Part shown: positions 39,242 through 48,385 of the stretch, one piece after another
Layout of the letters: each line of letters opens with the position of its first letter
How positions within the stretch are numbered: the stretch's first letter is position 1
DNA from: Bacteroidales bacterium
Lineage (GTDB): Bacteria > Bacteroidota > Bacteroidia > Bacteroidales > VadinHA17
DNA: 64,000 nucleotides
Assembly: GCA_003157015.1 (NCBI GenBank)
Contig: PMIJ01000092.1
Coordinates: 6,731-70,730, forward strand
Direction of reading: 5' to 3'
The notes under the pieces: generated by a model
What the model was told of the DNA's origin: nothing
Databases searched by the model: none
Seen by the model: only the letters and a program-made list of their open reading frames with translations
Translations under genes and position numbers: made by a program

Positions 39242-39769
39242 ATGAAATATAAAAATATTATACTCAGGGCCCTTGAGCCCGAGGATCTGGAACTTCTTTA
39301 CAAATGGGAGAATGATGATAACTACTGGTTAATTAGTAATACATCCTCCCCTTTTTCAAAATATACACTCAAGCGGTATATTGAGAATTCTCATAAGAGC
39401 ATTTATGAAACAGGGCAGCTGCGTTTCATGATCGAACTTATTGAGGACAAAATTGCAATCGGAACAATAGATATTTTTGAGTTTGATTCATTTCACAAAA
39501 GAGCCGGAATCGGGATTCTCATTGCCAATGAAGCATATAGAAGAAAGGGGTATGGCTTTATGTCTCTGACTTGTTTAATAAAGTACTGTTTTGAAACCCT
39601 CCAGCTTCATCAGTTGTACTGTAATATCCTTTCAAATAATAAAGAAAGCTTAGATTTATTTAAAAAGATGGGGTTTACAGAGTCGGGGATTAAAAAAGAC
39701 TGGGTACTTACCTCAAGTGGATATATAGATGAGCTTATGTTACAGCTAATTAGCGAAGAACAAGAATAA
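39242..39769 (+). CDS. GNAT-family N-acetyltransferase (RimJ/RimL-like)
   Basis: It is 175 aa with an acetyl-CoA binding-like RRKGYGF motif. It starts 20 nt after gene D. Confidence 0.75.
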   Translation: MKYKNIILRALEPEDLELLYKWENDDNYWLISNTSSPFSKYTLKRYIENSHKSIYETGQLRFMIELIEDKIAIGTIDIFEFDSFHKRAGIGILIANEAYRRKGYGFMSLTCLIKYCFETLQLHQLYCNILSNNKESLDLFKKMGFTESGIKKDWVLTSSGYIDELMLQLISEEQE

Positions 39770-39777
39770 TTTTATTT

Positions 39778-39807
39778 GTAGAGACAGGTCTCAGACCTGT
39801 CTCTACA
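39778..39807. terminator. Perfect 13-bp hairpin between the convergent GNAT and rlmN genes (bidirectional terminator candidate)
   Basis: GTAGAGACAGGTC-TCA-GACCTGTCTCTAC. The right arm overlaps the rlmN stop codon. Confidence 0.6.
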
Positions 39808-40828
39808 GTTTTAATCCTGATGCAAGAAGCCCGCAGGCTGCTGATATATCTGTTCCGCGCGATTTTCTTATCGAAGCAGAGATTCCTGAAACAATAAGAT
39901 TATGTTTGAAAAAATGCATCCTTTCGGCTGAAGAGGAGCACTTTTTGTCATTCCTATCCGGATGATACGAAAGCAGATTAACCCTTATTTGTGAACCCTG
40001 CAGAATTGAGATGAGTCCTTTAAGATGATTATCAGTGTCATTTATATCTTTTATCATAATATATGCCACGCTTAATCTCCTCCCTTTTTTAATGCGGAAA
40101 TTCTTCATGGTGTCAATAATCCCTTGAACCGGGTATTGAGTTTCAGCCGGCACAATTTCTCTTCTTTCTTCAGGGAACGGAGAGTAGAGACTTAAAGTAA
40201 GATTGCAATCAGATCTCTTCAAGAATTGATCTACAGCGGGAATTATACCCACCGTTGAAACAGTTACATTTCTTGAACTGATAGCAATTCCCCATTCGGC
40301 TGTGATTATTTTGCAGGCTTTAATAACGTTTTCAAGGTTATCCATCGGCTCACCCATACCCATAAATACCACATGAGTGACCTTGTCTGCATCTGGAAGG
40401 GCTATTATCTGATTCACAATCTCCCCTGCAGTAAGATTTCCACGGAAGCCATACCTGCCTGTAACGCAGAATGAACATCCCATTCTGCAACCCGATTGAG
40501 TTGAAACGCAGACCGTATTTCTCTTATCATCGGGGATATAAATCGTTTCGAACTCTTTCCCGTCTTCTGTCCTGAACAGGTATTTAACAGATTCATCTGC
40601 TGAAACTTCAAGATTCAGAGGAAAATAGATTCCACTTGAAGCAAATTCAACAAGCTTTTCTTTTAGCTTGAGCGGGATCTTCTGAAACTCATGAATGTCG
40701 GAAATGCTCTTTTTATATATACTGTTTGATATTGAAACTGCATGAAGGTATAAGTAACCCATGGGTTCAATAAGATCATAGATTTCATCTGCAGTCAGAC
40801 CACAAAGGCCAGTCTTAATCATAATCAC
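39803..40828 (-). CDS. rlmN: Radical SAM 23S rRNA/tRNA adenine-C2 methyltransferase, RlmN/Cfr family
   Basis: It has the CRMGCSFC radical-SAM cluster, an upstream conserved Cys (TVCVSTQSGC) and C-terminal RKSRGTDISAACGLL. I cannot separate RlmN from Cfr-like by eye. Confidence 0.7.
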   Translation of the reverse strand: MIMIKTGLCGLTADEIYDLIEPMGYLYLHAVSISNSIYKKSISDIHEFQKIPLKLKEKLVEFASSGIYFPLNLEVSADESVKYLFRTEDGKEFETIYIPDDKRNTVCVSTQSGCRMGCSFCVTGRYGFRGNLTAGEIVNQIIALPDADKVTHVVFMGMGEPMDNLENVIKACKIITAEWGIAISSRNVTVSTVGIIPAVDQFLKRSDCNLTLSLYSPFPEERREIVPAETQYPVQGIIDTMKNFRIKKGRRLSVAYIMIKDINDTDNHLKGLISILQGSQIRVNLLSYHPDRNDKKCSSSAERMHFFKHNLIVSGISASIRKSRGTDISAACGLLASGLKL

Positions 40829-40838
40829 CGGATATTTG

Positions 40839-40846
40839 CAAAAATA
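40839..40846 (-). promoter_or_regulatory. Bacteroidetes-type -7 box upstream of the rlmN-family gene
   Basis: The minus strand reads TATTTTTG, 10 nt upstream of ATG 40828. Confidence 0.3.
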
Positions 40847-40944
40847 GAACGATTATCAATATCTTAGTGACTACTTTCAGATATCATGAAACTTTTCTCC
40901 GATAATCATCAAAAGTCCTAATAACCCGAAATGACTTATAAAAA

Positions 40945-42186
40945 ATGAAAAAAATAACTTATTTGCTCATCGCCTCTCTGGTACTTACATCATTTACAGA
41001 CAATAATCAATTGAAAAACAAAAACATAATAGATAAAGCAATGACACCCGACAGCACTAAACAGTATGGATATAACAGGGATTTTCTTAAAAAATATACA
41101 AACATTATTGAACTCAGGAACGCAAACTCTGCGATAACCATTGTTCCTTCATGGCAGGCACGTGTAATGACCAGCACGGCAGAAGGTGATCATGGTTTTA
41201 GTTTCGGATGGATAAACAGGAACCTGATAGCCTCTGGCAAATTAGTACCCCATATTAATCCTTTTGGAGGGGAGGAAAGGTTATGGCTCGGCCCTGAGGG
41301 TGGACAGTTTTCCATTTTCTTCAGCAAGGGAAAATCTTTTGTTTATGATAACTGGCAAACACCTGCATTCCTGGATACTACACCATTTCAACTAATTTCA
41401 TCGACTGATTCATCAGCTTTGTTTGGAAATGACATAAGTACTGAGAATTATAGTGGAACAGTATTAAAATTACGGATTGAAAGAGAGATCACACTGCTGT
41501 CTGAAAAAGAGATACATAATCTTATCCATGTAGACCTTAAAAGCATTAAATGTGTTGTATATCGTTCTGAAAATAAATTAATTAATAAAGGAGAGGTGAT
41601 ATGGGAAAGGAAGACAGGTCTTTTATCAATATGGATGCTTGGAATGTTTAATCCTTCTCCTTCTGTAATCATTGTAATCCCTGTTAAACCCGGTGACGAA
41701 CAAATAATTGGTCCAAAAGTCAATGATAATTACTTTGGCAAGATATCCGGTGACCGTCTGAAGGTTTCAGATGATCATATCTTCTTTAAAGCTGATGGGA
41801 AAAACCGTGGGAAAATAGGCATTCCTCCGCTGAGAGCAACAGGAGTTATGGGAAGTTTTGATTCAGACAACAGGATTCTGACACTTCTTATCTGCCGTTT
41901 GCCGGATGGAAAAAAGGATTATGTTAACTCATCCTGGCAGATTCAGGAGAATCCTTTCTCGGGAGATGCTCTCAATTCCTATAATGACGGACCTCTGGCA
42001 GACGGATCCCAGATGGGTCCATTTTATGAACTTGAGACCTCCTCTCCGGCTGCTGATCTCAAGCCTGGAGAAAGTCTCAGTCATATACAATATACTCTGC
42101 ATTTAACTGGTGAAGCACAGGAACTTGACAAAGTAGCACGTAAAGTACTTGGTGTAAGTCTCGAAGATATCACCGGTGCATTTTAG
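40945..42186 (+). CDS. Secreted protein of unknown function
   Basis: It has a signal peptide and is 413 aa. The only motif I noticed is GGEERLWLGPEGGQF, reminiscent of mutarotase-like/carbohydrate-binding folds. I recognise no family. Confidence 0.35.
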   Translation: MKKITYLLIASLVLTSFTDNNQLKNKNIIDKAMTPDSTKQYGYNRDFLKKYTNIIELRNANSAITIVPSWQARVMTSTAEGDHGFSFGWINRNLIASGKLVPHINPFGGEERLWLGPEGGQFSIFFSKGKSFVYDNWQTPAFLDTTPFQLISSTDSSALFGNDISTENYSGTVLKLRIEREITLLSEKEIHNLIHVDLKSIKCVVYRSENKLINKGEVIWERKTGLLSIWMLGMFNPSPSVIIVIPVKPGDEQIIGPKVNDNYFGKISGDRLKVSDDHIFFKADGKNRGKIGIPPLRATGVMGSFDSDNRILTLLICRLPDGKKDYVNSSWQIQENPFSGDALNSYNDGPLADGSQMGPFYELETSSPAADLKPGESLSHIQYTLHLTGEAQELDKVARKVLGVSLEDITGAF

Positions 42187-44300
42187 TTCATCAGCCCCCT
42201 GTTTTTAAGCAGTGGTTCAATATCAGGTTTCCTGCCTCTGAAGCTTATAAAGCTTTGTTCGGCATCAGTTATTCCCATAGGAGCAAGTATGTTTTTACGG
42301 AACGATTCAGCTGTTGTTTTGTCAAAAATGCCCTTCTCTTTAAAGGCTGCGAAGGCATCATTGTCAAGCACTGCTGCCCATGTATAGCAATAGTAACCTG
42401 CATCATATCCGTCACTGGCAATATGCAGAAAATAAGTACTTCTGTATCTAGGTTCTATTTCTTTTATGAGACCCATCTTCTGAAGATGTTCTTTTTCGAA
42501 CTTTTCAACATCTATATTTACTGGAGCTTCAAGAGTATGGTAGTCCATATCGAGCAGAGAAGCTGCAAGCAGTTCCACATTATCAAACCCGGTGTTAAAA
42601 AACTTGCTGTTTTTAATCTTATTTATCAGAGAGTCAGGGATAATTTCACCGGTTTTGTAATTCTTAGCATATATTTTCAATACCTCCGGCTCGGTTGCCC
42701 AATGCTCCATTATCTGTGAAGGAAGCTCAACTATATCCTGTGCAGTGTTTGTTGTGCTGTATTTATTTATGGAGAACAAAGACTGAAGTCCATGTCCGAA
42801 TTCATGGAAAAGGGTTCGTACATCATCTATACTAAGTAATGAAGGAACTTCATTGACGGGATTATTGAAGTTACACACAATCGTCACAACAGGGTTGATC
42901 TCCTTCCCATCGAGCCATTTGTGATCGCGATATTCTCCGCACCATGCTCCCTGAACTTTGCTTGTTCTGGTGAAGAAATCCATGTAAAGAACGCCCAGGG
43001 GGCGCCCATCGGCTTCCTTAACCTCAAATGCCTTTGCGTCGGGATGGGGAAGCGGAATTGCAGTAATCGGCGTAAATGTAATTCCATATAATTTGTTTGC
43101 AACCGAGAATGCTCCTTCTCTTACATTATCGAGTTTAAAATAAGGCCTCAGTTCATTATCATCCAGACTATATTTTTCTTTACGCAATTTTTCTGCGAAG
43201 TACCACCAGTCAGAAGGTTCAATTTTGTATTTTACTCCTTCCCTGTCAGCAATTGTTTGCATCTGTTTAAGTTCTTCTCCGGCAACTTTCAACGCGGGCG
43301 TCCAAAGCTGATTAAGCAATGCATACACATTTGCAGGAGTTTTAGCCATTCTATTATCAAGACTCAGGTCAGCGTGCGTCTTAAACCCGAGAAGCTTTGC
43401 CTTTTTTGCCCGTAGTGCAACCAGATCTTCAAGAACTTTTTTGTTGTCAAGATTATCATTATGATTTCCCCTTGTCAGATAGGCATCATATATTTTTTTC
43501 CGTAAACCACGATTTTCATCGTAAGTCAGGAAGGGAAGCATGCTTGGTTTCTGGGTTGTAAATACCCATTTACCTTCCAGGCTGTCTTTTTTAGCAAGAC
43601 TGGCCGCTCCATTTATTACGTTCTGAGGCAGACCTTTTAAATCAGCTTCATTATCAATAACCAATCTGAATTTATTTGTCTCTGCCAGGACATTCTGACC
43701 GAATTTTACCGACAGTACGGATATTTTTTCATTCAGCTTCTTGAGGGTATCTTTATCTGCACCTTTAAGAAGAGCCCCGTTGCGTACGAAATTTTTATAA
43801 AGGTTTTTAAGCAAAAATTCCTGTTCGGATGTAAGAGACAGTTTTGCTTTCCTGTCATATAGATATTTTACCCTTGAGAAAAGTGCAGAATCAAGCAGTA
43901 TTTCATCATGATATGCTGAAAGTAAAGGGGAGACTTCCACTTCGGTCTTTTGAATTGAATCATTTGTATTTGCAGAAGACTGAGAGAAAAACACAAATGA
44001 CACTTTGCTGAGTATCTCTCCTGACTTATCCAAAGCTTCTATTGTATTCTGAAATGTCGGTATACTTTTACTATTAGAAAGACTTCTAATTTCTTCCGTG
44101 CCTTCAGCCATTCCCTTTATAAAAGCAGGCATATAATGTTTTGCCATTATCTTATCAAACGTAGGTACTCCAAAAGGAGTATTATATTCTGAAAAGAATG
44201 GATTGCTTTTATCAGATACAGCCACAGGCTTGTTTTTACATCCTGCCATGATAAGACTTATAATTCCGCATATAAAAATAATTTTTAATAAATTTTTCAT
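42183..44300 (-). CDS. dcp: M3-family peptidyl-dipeptidase (Dcp-like) lipoprotein
   Basis: It has the HEFGHGLQ zinc motif, is 705 aa and has the lipobox LIMAGC. Confidence 0.75.
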   Translation of the reverse strand: MKNLLKIIFICGIISLIMAGCKNKPVAVSDKSNPFFSEYNTPFGVPTFDKIMAKHYMPAFIKGMAEGTEEIRSLSNSKSIPTFQNTIEALDKSGEILSKVSFVFFSQSSANTNDSIQKTEVEVSPLLSAYHDEILLDSALFSRVKYLYDRKAKLSLTSEQEFLLKNLYKNFVRNGALLKGADKDTLKKLNEKISVLSVKFGQNVLAETNKFRLVIDNEADLKGLPQNVINGAASLAKKDSLEGKWVFTTQKPSMLPFLTYDENRGLRKKIYDAYLTRGNHNDNLDNKKVLEDLVALRAKKAKLLGFKTHADLSLDNRMAKTPANVYALLNQLWTPALKVAGEELKQMQTIADREGVKYKIEPSDWWYFAEKLRKEKYSLDDNELRPYFKLDNVREGAFSVANKLYGITFTPITAIPLPHPDAKAFEVKEADGRPLGVLYMDFFTRTSKVQGAWCGEYRDHKWLDGKEINPVVTIVCNFNNPVNEVPSLLSIDDVRTLFHEFGHGLQSLFSINKYSTTNTAQDIVELPSQIMEHWATEPEVLKIYAKNYKTGEIIPDSLINKIKNSKFFNTGFDNVELLAASLLDMDYHTLEAPVNIDVEKFEKEHLQKMGLIKEIEPRYRSTYFLHIASDGYDAGYYCYTWAAVLDNDAFAAFKEKGIFDKTTAESFRKNILAPMGITDAEQSFISFRGRKPDIEPLLKNRGLMN

Positions 44301-44493
44301 AATAAGAAACTTAAAAGTTAATTAATTCGCACCTGTCAGATTACAAAATAAGGATATTCAGATATGGAATCAAAAGAAAGTTAAAGAATTAACAGTTCAC
44401 GTTACAGTTTGGATCATTGATTCAACCCCGGTCAGGTACTCAATTAAGTTGCTTAAAAAATGAACTTCGCTGTTATATGATAATCTAAGTTTG

Positions 44494-44582
44494 CGGAGAG
44501 AGGGGGATTCGAACCCCCGGTTCGCCGGAAGGCGAACAACGGTTTTCGAGACCGCCGCATTCGACCACTCTGCCATCTCTCC
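44494..44582 (-). tRNA. tRNA-Ser (anticodon CGA)
   Basis: A manual cloverleaf fold works: acceptor GGAGAGA/TCTCTCC, anticodon loop CUCGAAA, long variable arm GTTCGCC-TTCC-GGCGAAC, T arm GGGGG-TTCGAAT-CCCCC and discriminator G. CCA is not encoded. Confidence 0.9.
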
Positions 44583-44680
44583 TTAAATACAGGATTCCAA
44601 AAGTAGTAAATATTTATCTCCTGATTATCAATAAAAAAAAGAAGATCAAAAATACATATAATTCAGTTTCAAATCTATTA

Positions 44681-44793
44681 ACCACGGAGTATCACGGAGT
44701 TAAACACGAGTAACATGGAGTTTATAAGGAACTATATCCTGAAAAAAATTAAGCAGTGTAACTCAGTGAAAAACTTTGTGTAAATCTGTGGTC
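44681..44793. repeat. Intergenic imperfect inverted repeat (about 40-nt arms) built of CACGGAG-type heptamers at about 10-nt spacing
   Basis: The left arm is ACCACGGAGTATCACGGAGTTAAACACGAGTAACATGGAG. The right arm is CAGTGTAACTCAGTGAAAAACTTTGTGTAAATCTGTGGTC, whose reverse complement is GACCACAGATTTACACAAAGTTTTTCACTGAGTTACACTG. Confidence 0.5.
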
Positions 44794-44828
44794 AAAAGAA
44801 ATCTGAACAAATCAATCTACATTATTTT

Positions 44829-46106
44829 CTAGAGTAGTATTCCGGCCAGTGAAGCTGAAATATACGAAGCCATAGTTCCACAGAGCATAGCCTTAAAGCC
44901 GAGTTTTGCAAGGTCTGCTTTTCGATTCGGAACAAGTACACCTATTCCACCAAGCTGAATTGCTATTGAACTGAAATTTGCAAATCCGCAAAGGGCAAAA
45001 CTTGCAATTACCACTGATTTTGCACTTAAAAGTCCCTGATGTATCATCGGAGTCAGGTCGGAATAGGCAACAAATTCGTTAATTACCATTTTTGTACCCA
45101 TCAGGGAACCTACATGTAATGATTCAGAGGGAGGGACTCCCATTACTACGGCAAACAGACTGAAAAAAGCTCCAACAACATCTTTCAGGCGAAGGTTATC
45201 GACATTCAGTCCCAATGCATTGAGTGATAACCCGGTCCATGAAAGAAAATGTCCGAAATAGCCAAGGAGAGCATCAATAAGCGCTATAAGGGCAATAACC
45301 CCGATGAGCATAGCTATGACATTAATTGAGATTTTCATGCCGTCACTTGCCCCGTGGGATATCGCATCCATAATGTTTGAATGTTCTTTTTTCACCTCAA
45401 GTTTAACTACTCCTTGTGTTTCTGACTCTTCCGTCTCTGGAAAGACTATTTTAGCAATGACAAGTGCACCAGGCGCTGCCATCAGGCTGGCGGCCAGGAG
45501 GTATGATGCCGGCACACCCATTGATATATAGACAGCCATTACTCCCCCTGCAATACAAGCCATGCTTCCTGTCATGGAGGCAAGCAGTTCTGACATTGTC
45601 ATTCCTGAAAGATAAGGCCGGATCATAATCTGAGCTTCAACCTGCCCTACAAATGCACTGGCAACATTCGATAATGCTTCGCTCCCGCTCACCCTCATTG
45701 CCCAGTGAACAAAGCGTGCTATAACGGCTATTACTCTCTGCATCAATCCTATATGATACGCTATTGCGACCAGAACACAAACAAATATAATCGTGGGTAG
45801 TAAGATGAAGAGAAAAATACCGCTTTTCACAATACCTTCGGGAAGTATCTGGGTCACTTTTGTAAGATCTCCGAATACAAAAAGCCCACCGGCTTTTGAA
45901 AAATCAAGCAGTTTATTTATGGCCTTCCCCATCCAGAAAAAAATTTCCTGACCTATAGGAACCTTAAGAATAAAGATTGCAAGAACAATCTGCAGAATAA
46001 GACCTGTGATGACGAGACGGTAATTTATTTTTTTCCTGTTATTCGACCATAGGAATGCAAGTCCAAGAATAATAATTATCCCAATAACACCGGTAAATCT
46101 GCCCAT
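44829..46106 (-). CDS. NupC/CNT-family nucleoside transporter
   Basis: It is a polytopic membrane protein of 425 aa with CNT-like strings (NEFVAY, GFANFSSIAIQLGG). Confidence 0.8.
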   Translation of the reverse strand: MGRFTGVIGIIIILGLAFLWSNNRKKINYRLVITGLILQIVLAIFILKVPIGQEIFFWMGKAINKLLDFSKAGGLFVFGDLTKVTQILPEGIVKSGIFLFILLPTIIFVCVLVAIAYHIGLMQRVIAVIARFVHWAMRVSGSEALSNVASAFVGQVEAQIMIRPYLSGMTMSELLASMTGSMACIAGGVMAVYISMGVPASYLLAASLMAAPGALVIAKIVFPETEESETQGVVKLEVKKEHSNIMDAISHGASDGMKISINVIAMLIGVIALIALIDALLGYFGHFLSWTGLSLNALGLNVDNLRLKDVVGAFFSLFAVVMGVPPSESLHVGSLMGTKMVINEFVAYSDLTPMIHQGLLSAKSVVIASFALCGFANFSSIAIQLGGIGVLVPNRKADLAKLGFKAMLCGTMASYISASLAGILL

Positions 46107-46137
46107 GAACTCAACAATTAAATAAAAGAGTCTTCTT

Positions 46138-46145
46138 CAAACCTA
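46138..46145 (-). promoter_or_regulatory. Bacteroidetes-type -7 box upstream of the nucleoside transporter gene
   Basis: The minus strand reads TAGGTTTG, 31 nt upstream of ATG 46106. Confidence 0.3.
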
Positions 46146-46266
46146 CATTATTTTTTGATAATTAATGAAAGTTTCAGAAAAAACTCCATCCAATCCAGAA
46201 TATTAAAGTATCTGAAATAGTTCGTACAAGCAACAGTATATAAAAAAATTAATATCAGGGAAACTG

Positions 46267-46656
46267 CTACTTGTTGCCGGCAGTCAATGACTCAGACCAT
46301 TTTTTAATAATGTCAGCCTGATCATTAGTGGGGATAAGATCTGGTCTTTTTTCTCTGGCAGCTTTAGGCGGCATAGCACCTTTATTAATTTCTGAATACA
46401 TTTTAGCTGCTCTTTCCTTCTGCTTTTCAGGTGAATAGTTTGTCCACTCTGTAAAATTCAATTTAGTTTTGGACATTAAGCCACCCTGGCTTGTATGACA
46501 GGGAGTACATGAAACAGAGACTATTTTATTCACATCCTCCGGTATCGATGCATTTGTTTTTGATACGTCCTGGGCTGAAACCGGAATATTAAATAGAAAG
46601 AGACTGATTAATAAAAATCCGGAAAACAGGATAAATGAAACTACAGTTTTCTTCAT
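46267..46656 (-). CDS. Small secreted heme-binding-domain protein (CxxCH)
   Basis: It has a signal peptide and a single CTPCHT motif. The following MPPK...IIKKW pattern resembles Haem_bd-type domains. Confidence 0.6.
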   Translation of the reverse strand: MKKTVVSFILFSGFLLISLFLFNIPVSAQDVSKTNASIPEDVNKIVSVSCTPCHTSQGGLMSKTKLNFTEWTNYSPEKQKERAAKMYSEINKGAMPPKAAREKRPDLIPTNDQADIIKKWSESLTAGNK

Positions 46657-46734
46657 AACGTCATAAATTAAATTATTAATAATATAAAGATAAACTATAA
46701 TATTTTAACAAAGACTAAGATACAGTTTGATTTG

Positions 46735-47574
46735 CTAGTTAAAAACTGCAATCTGACCATTCTTTGGAATAGCCCTGTAAATAATCTTTGCATCGGTACG
46801 TGGCAATCTGATTTTTATAAATGGGTGATATTCAGGAATTTTAAATACAGCAACTCTTTTTAGTGCACTCCATGTATCTCTAAGCCTATCCTGCAGATCG
46901 AAACTTAGTTGGTTGATCCTGTCACTGAATTTCATGTTCTCTTCCTGGTAGACATAGATTCTTATTCCCCTGTTCATTTCGAGAATATAATTAACCGGTT
47001 CAGTAATAGATGTATCGGGCATAACATCAGGTTTATATTCAGATGTATCTTTAGGTGCCATTTTGATCATTACCGGGTCCTTCTTTATTGTAGCATATGC
47101 ATGTAAAATGGTAAAAGGAGTTGAGAGCATTGACAGTATTGCATTATCGTTGTCAGTCCGCAAAATCTTACTGCTCTTAAAACCTCTTATCTTTGATTTA
47201 TAAACGACTACACCGCTTATTTCAATATTGGTGGTGCTGTCTTCCAGGTTAATAATAAGGTAAATTGAATCTGATTCAGCCATCAGTATCCTTGATTGAA
47301 GAAATGCCTTTTCTTTCAAAAACTTAAGATAAGATGAATCATTCACTACTTGCCTGTCAACACCGTTTTTATCATTGACCTTAGCACCGAATTCCTTTTT
47401 TATCTCTTCCATTTTCCTGACAGGAGAGAGCATTGACATTATGGAATAATAGATAATGAAGACTGATAGAATACTTATCAGCACTCTGAAAGTGATTTTT
47501 CCAAAATGCCGTATTTTACTGTCTTTGGTTTCCATTTTATCTGGCAGATCAGTAAATATATACTTTTGAACCAA
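46735..47574 (-). CDS. Membrane-anchored, Cys-less paralogue of the adjacent L,D-transpeptidase (putative pseudoenzyme)
   Basis: It has an N-terminal TM helix. SIYLIINLED...KIRGFKSS and PFIKIRLPRTDAKIIY align to LDT2 SYIVINTTEN...LIREGFCSS and THGCVRLNDDDLKVIY. The protein contains no cysteine. An alternative start is ATG 47535. Confidence 0.5.
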   Translation of the reverse strand: MVQKYIFTDLPDKMETKDSKIRHFGKITFRVLISILSVFIIYYSIMSMLSPVRKMEEIKKEFGAKVNDKNGVDRQVVNDSSYLKFLKEKAFLQSRILMAESDSIYLIINLEDSTTNIEISGVVVYKSKIRGFKSSKILRTDNDNAILSMLSTPFTILHAYATIKKDPVMIKMAPKDTSEYKPDVMPDTSITEPVNYILEMNRGIRIYVYQEENMKFSDRINQLSFDLQDRLRDTWSALKRVAVFKIPEYHPFIKIRLPRTDAKIIYRAIPKNGQIAVFN

Positions 47575-48385
47575 TATTTAGTGTATTGTAGATCACCTTC
47601 AGATCATCATCGTTCAACCTCACACAACCATGTGTAACCGGCATACCAAGAAAACGCTTATAAATAGTTCCATGTATCATGTATCCGTCTCCCAAAATAA
47701 GAGCATAATCTCCTAAAACACCATATTCAAAACGCGAATCAGCATTTGCAGAGGGTATCGGTGAACCTTCTTCCACGAATGACCAGTCGGGTCGTTTCCA
47801 TACGGGATTGGTTATTTTTCCATGGACCCAGTATTTTCCTTTGGGCGTTTTGAAGATCCACTTTTTATTTCCGGCTGTCTGAAGCATTGTGTAGCTTCCT
47901 GAACTGCAGAAGCCTTCTCTTATCAGCTTTTTGTTAGTATATAGGGCGAACCTGTTTTCAGTGGTGTTTATGACAATATATGATTGTCCCGATGTGTAGG
48001 CATTAAATCTCAACGAAAGACGCTGTATATCTTTAGTCAGAAGGCCCATCTGCTTTTTATAAATAAGATCCCTTTTCAATTCCTGATTAATTGCAGACTC
48101 TGTTTTATGTTGGAGTGAAATTTCCTCAAGAACCGGAACCATATACAGAATAAAAAGAACCAGGGCGAGAGTTACCAGAACTGTGCAAATGAATATAAGC
48201 AATGAACGTAAAATAATGAAGAGAGGCTTCTTTGAAATATCTTTTTTTTCAACACCGCTTTCAGTCTGGACAGGAATTTCATTTTTACTTTTATTGGCTT
48301 CTGTTGCCGGATATCCATTCTCAGACTCAGTACTGTTTTTTACTATCTCCTCGTCTTCCATATCAGATAATTTACTTGTCCACAA
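47549..48385 (-). CDS. L,D-transpeptidase (YkuD domain), membrane anchored
   Basis: The catalytic motif is IHGT...THGCVRL (Cys codon at 47624-47626). It has an N-terminal acidic segment plus a TM helix. Confidence 0.8.
   Translation of the reverse strand: MWTSKLSDMEDEEIVKNSTESENGYPATEANKSKNEIPVQTESGVEKKDISKKPLFIILRSLLIFICTVLVTLALVLFILYMVPVLEEISLQHKTESAINQELKRDLIYKKQMGLLTKDIQRLSLRFNAYTSGQSYIVINTTENRFALYTNKKLIREGFCSSGSYTMLQTAGNKKWIFKTPKGKYWVHGKITNPVWKRPDWSFVEEGSPIPSANADSRFEYGVLGDYALILGDGYMIHGTIYKRFLGMPVTHGCVRLNDDDLKVIYNTLNIGSKVYIY

Noticed and set aside
39803-40828. Possibility that the RlmN/Cfr-family gene is a Cfr-like resistance methyltransferase
   Set aside because: Nothing in the sequence that I can read distinguishes it from a housekeeping RlmN. 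There is no mobile context. Settling this needs a phylogeny against Cfr and RlmN references.
42183-42186. Overlapping convergent stop codons (TTAG) of the unknown secreted protein gene and the M3 peptidase gene
   Set aside because: It is a curiosity of tight packing and gives no evidence of function beyond the lack of an intergenic terminator.
44301-44582. tRNA-Ser as a possible integration site of a genomic island
   Set aside because: There is no integrase, no phage or conjugation genes and no visible direct repeat of the tRNA 3' end on either side. The neighbours are ordinary housekeeping genes.
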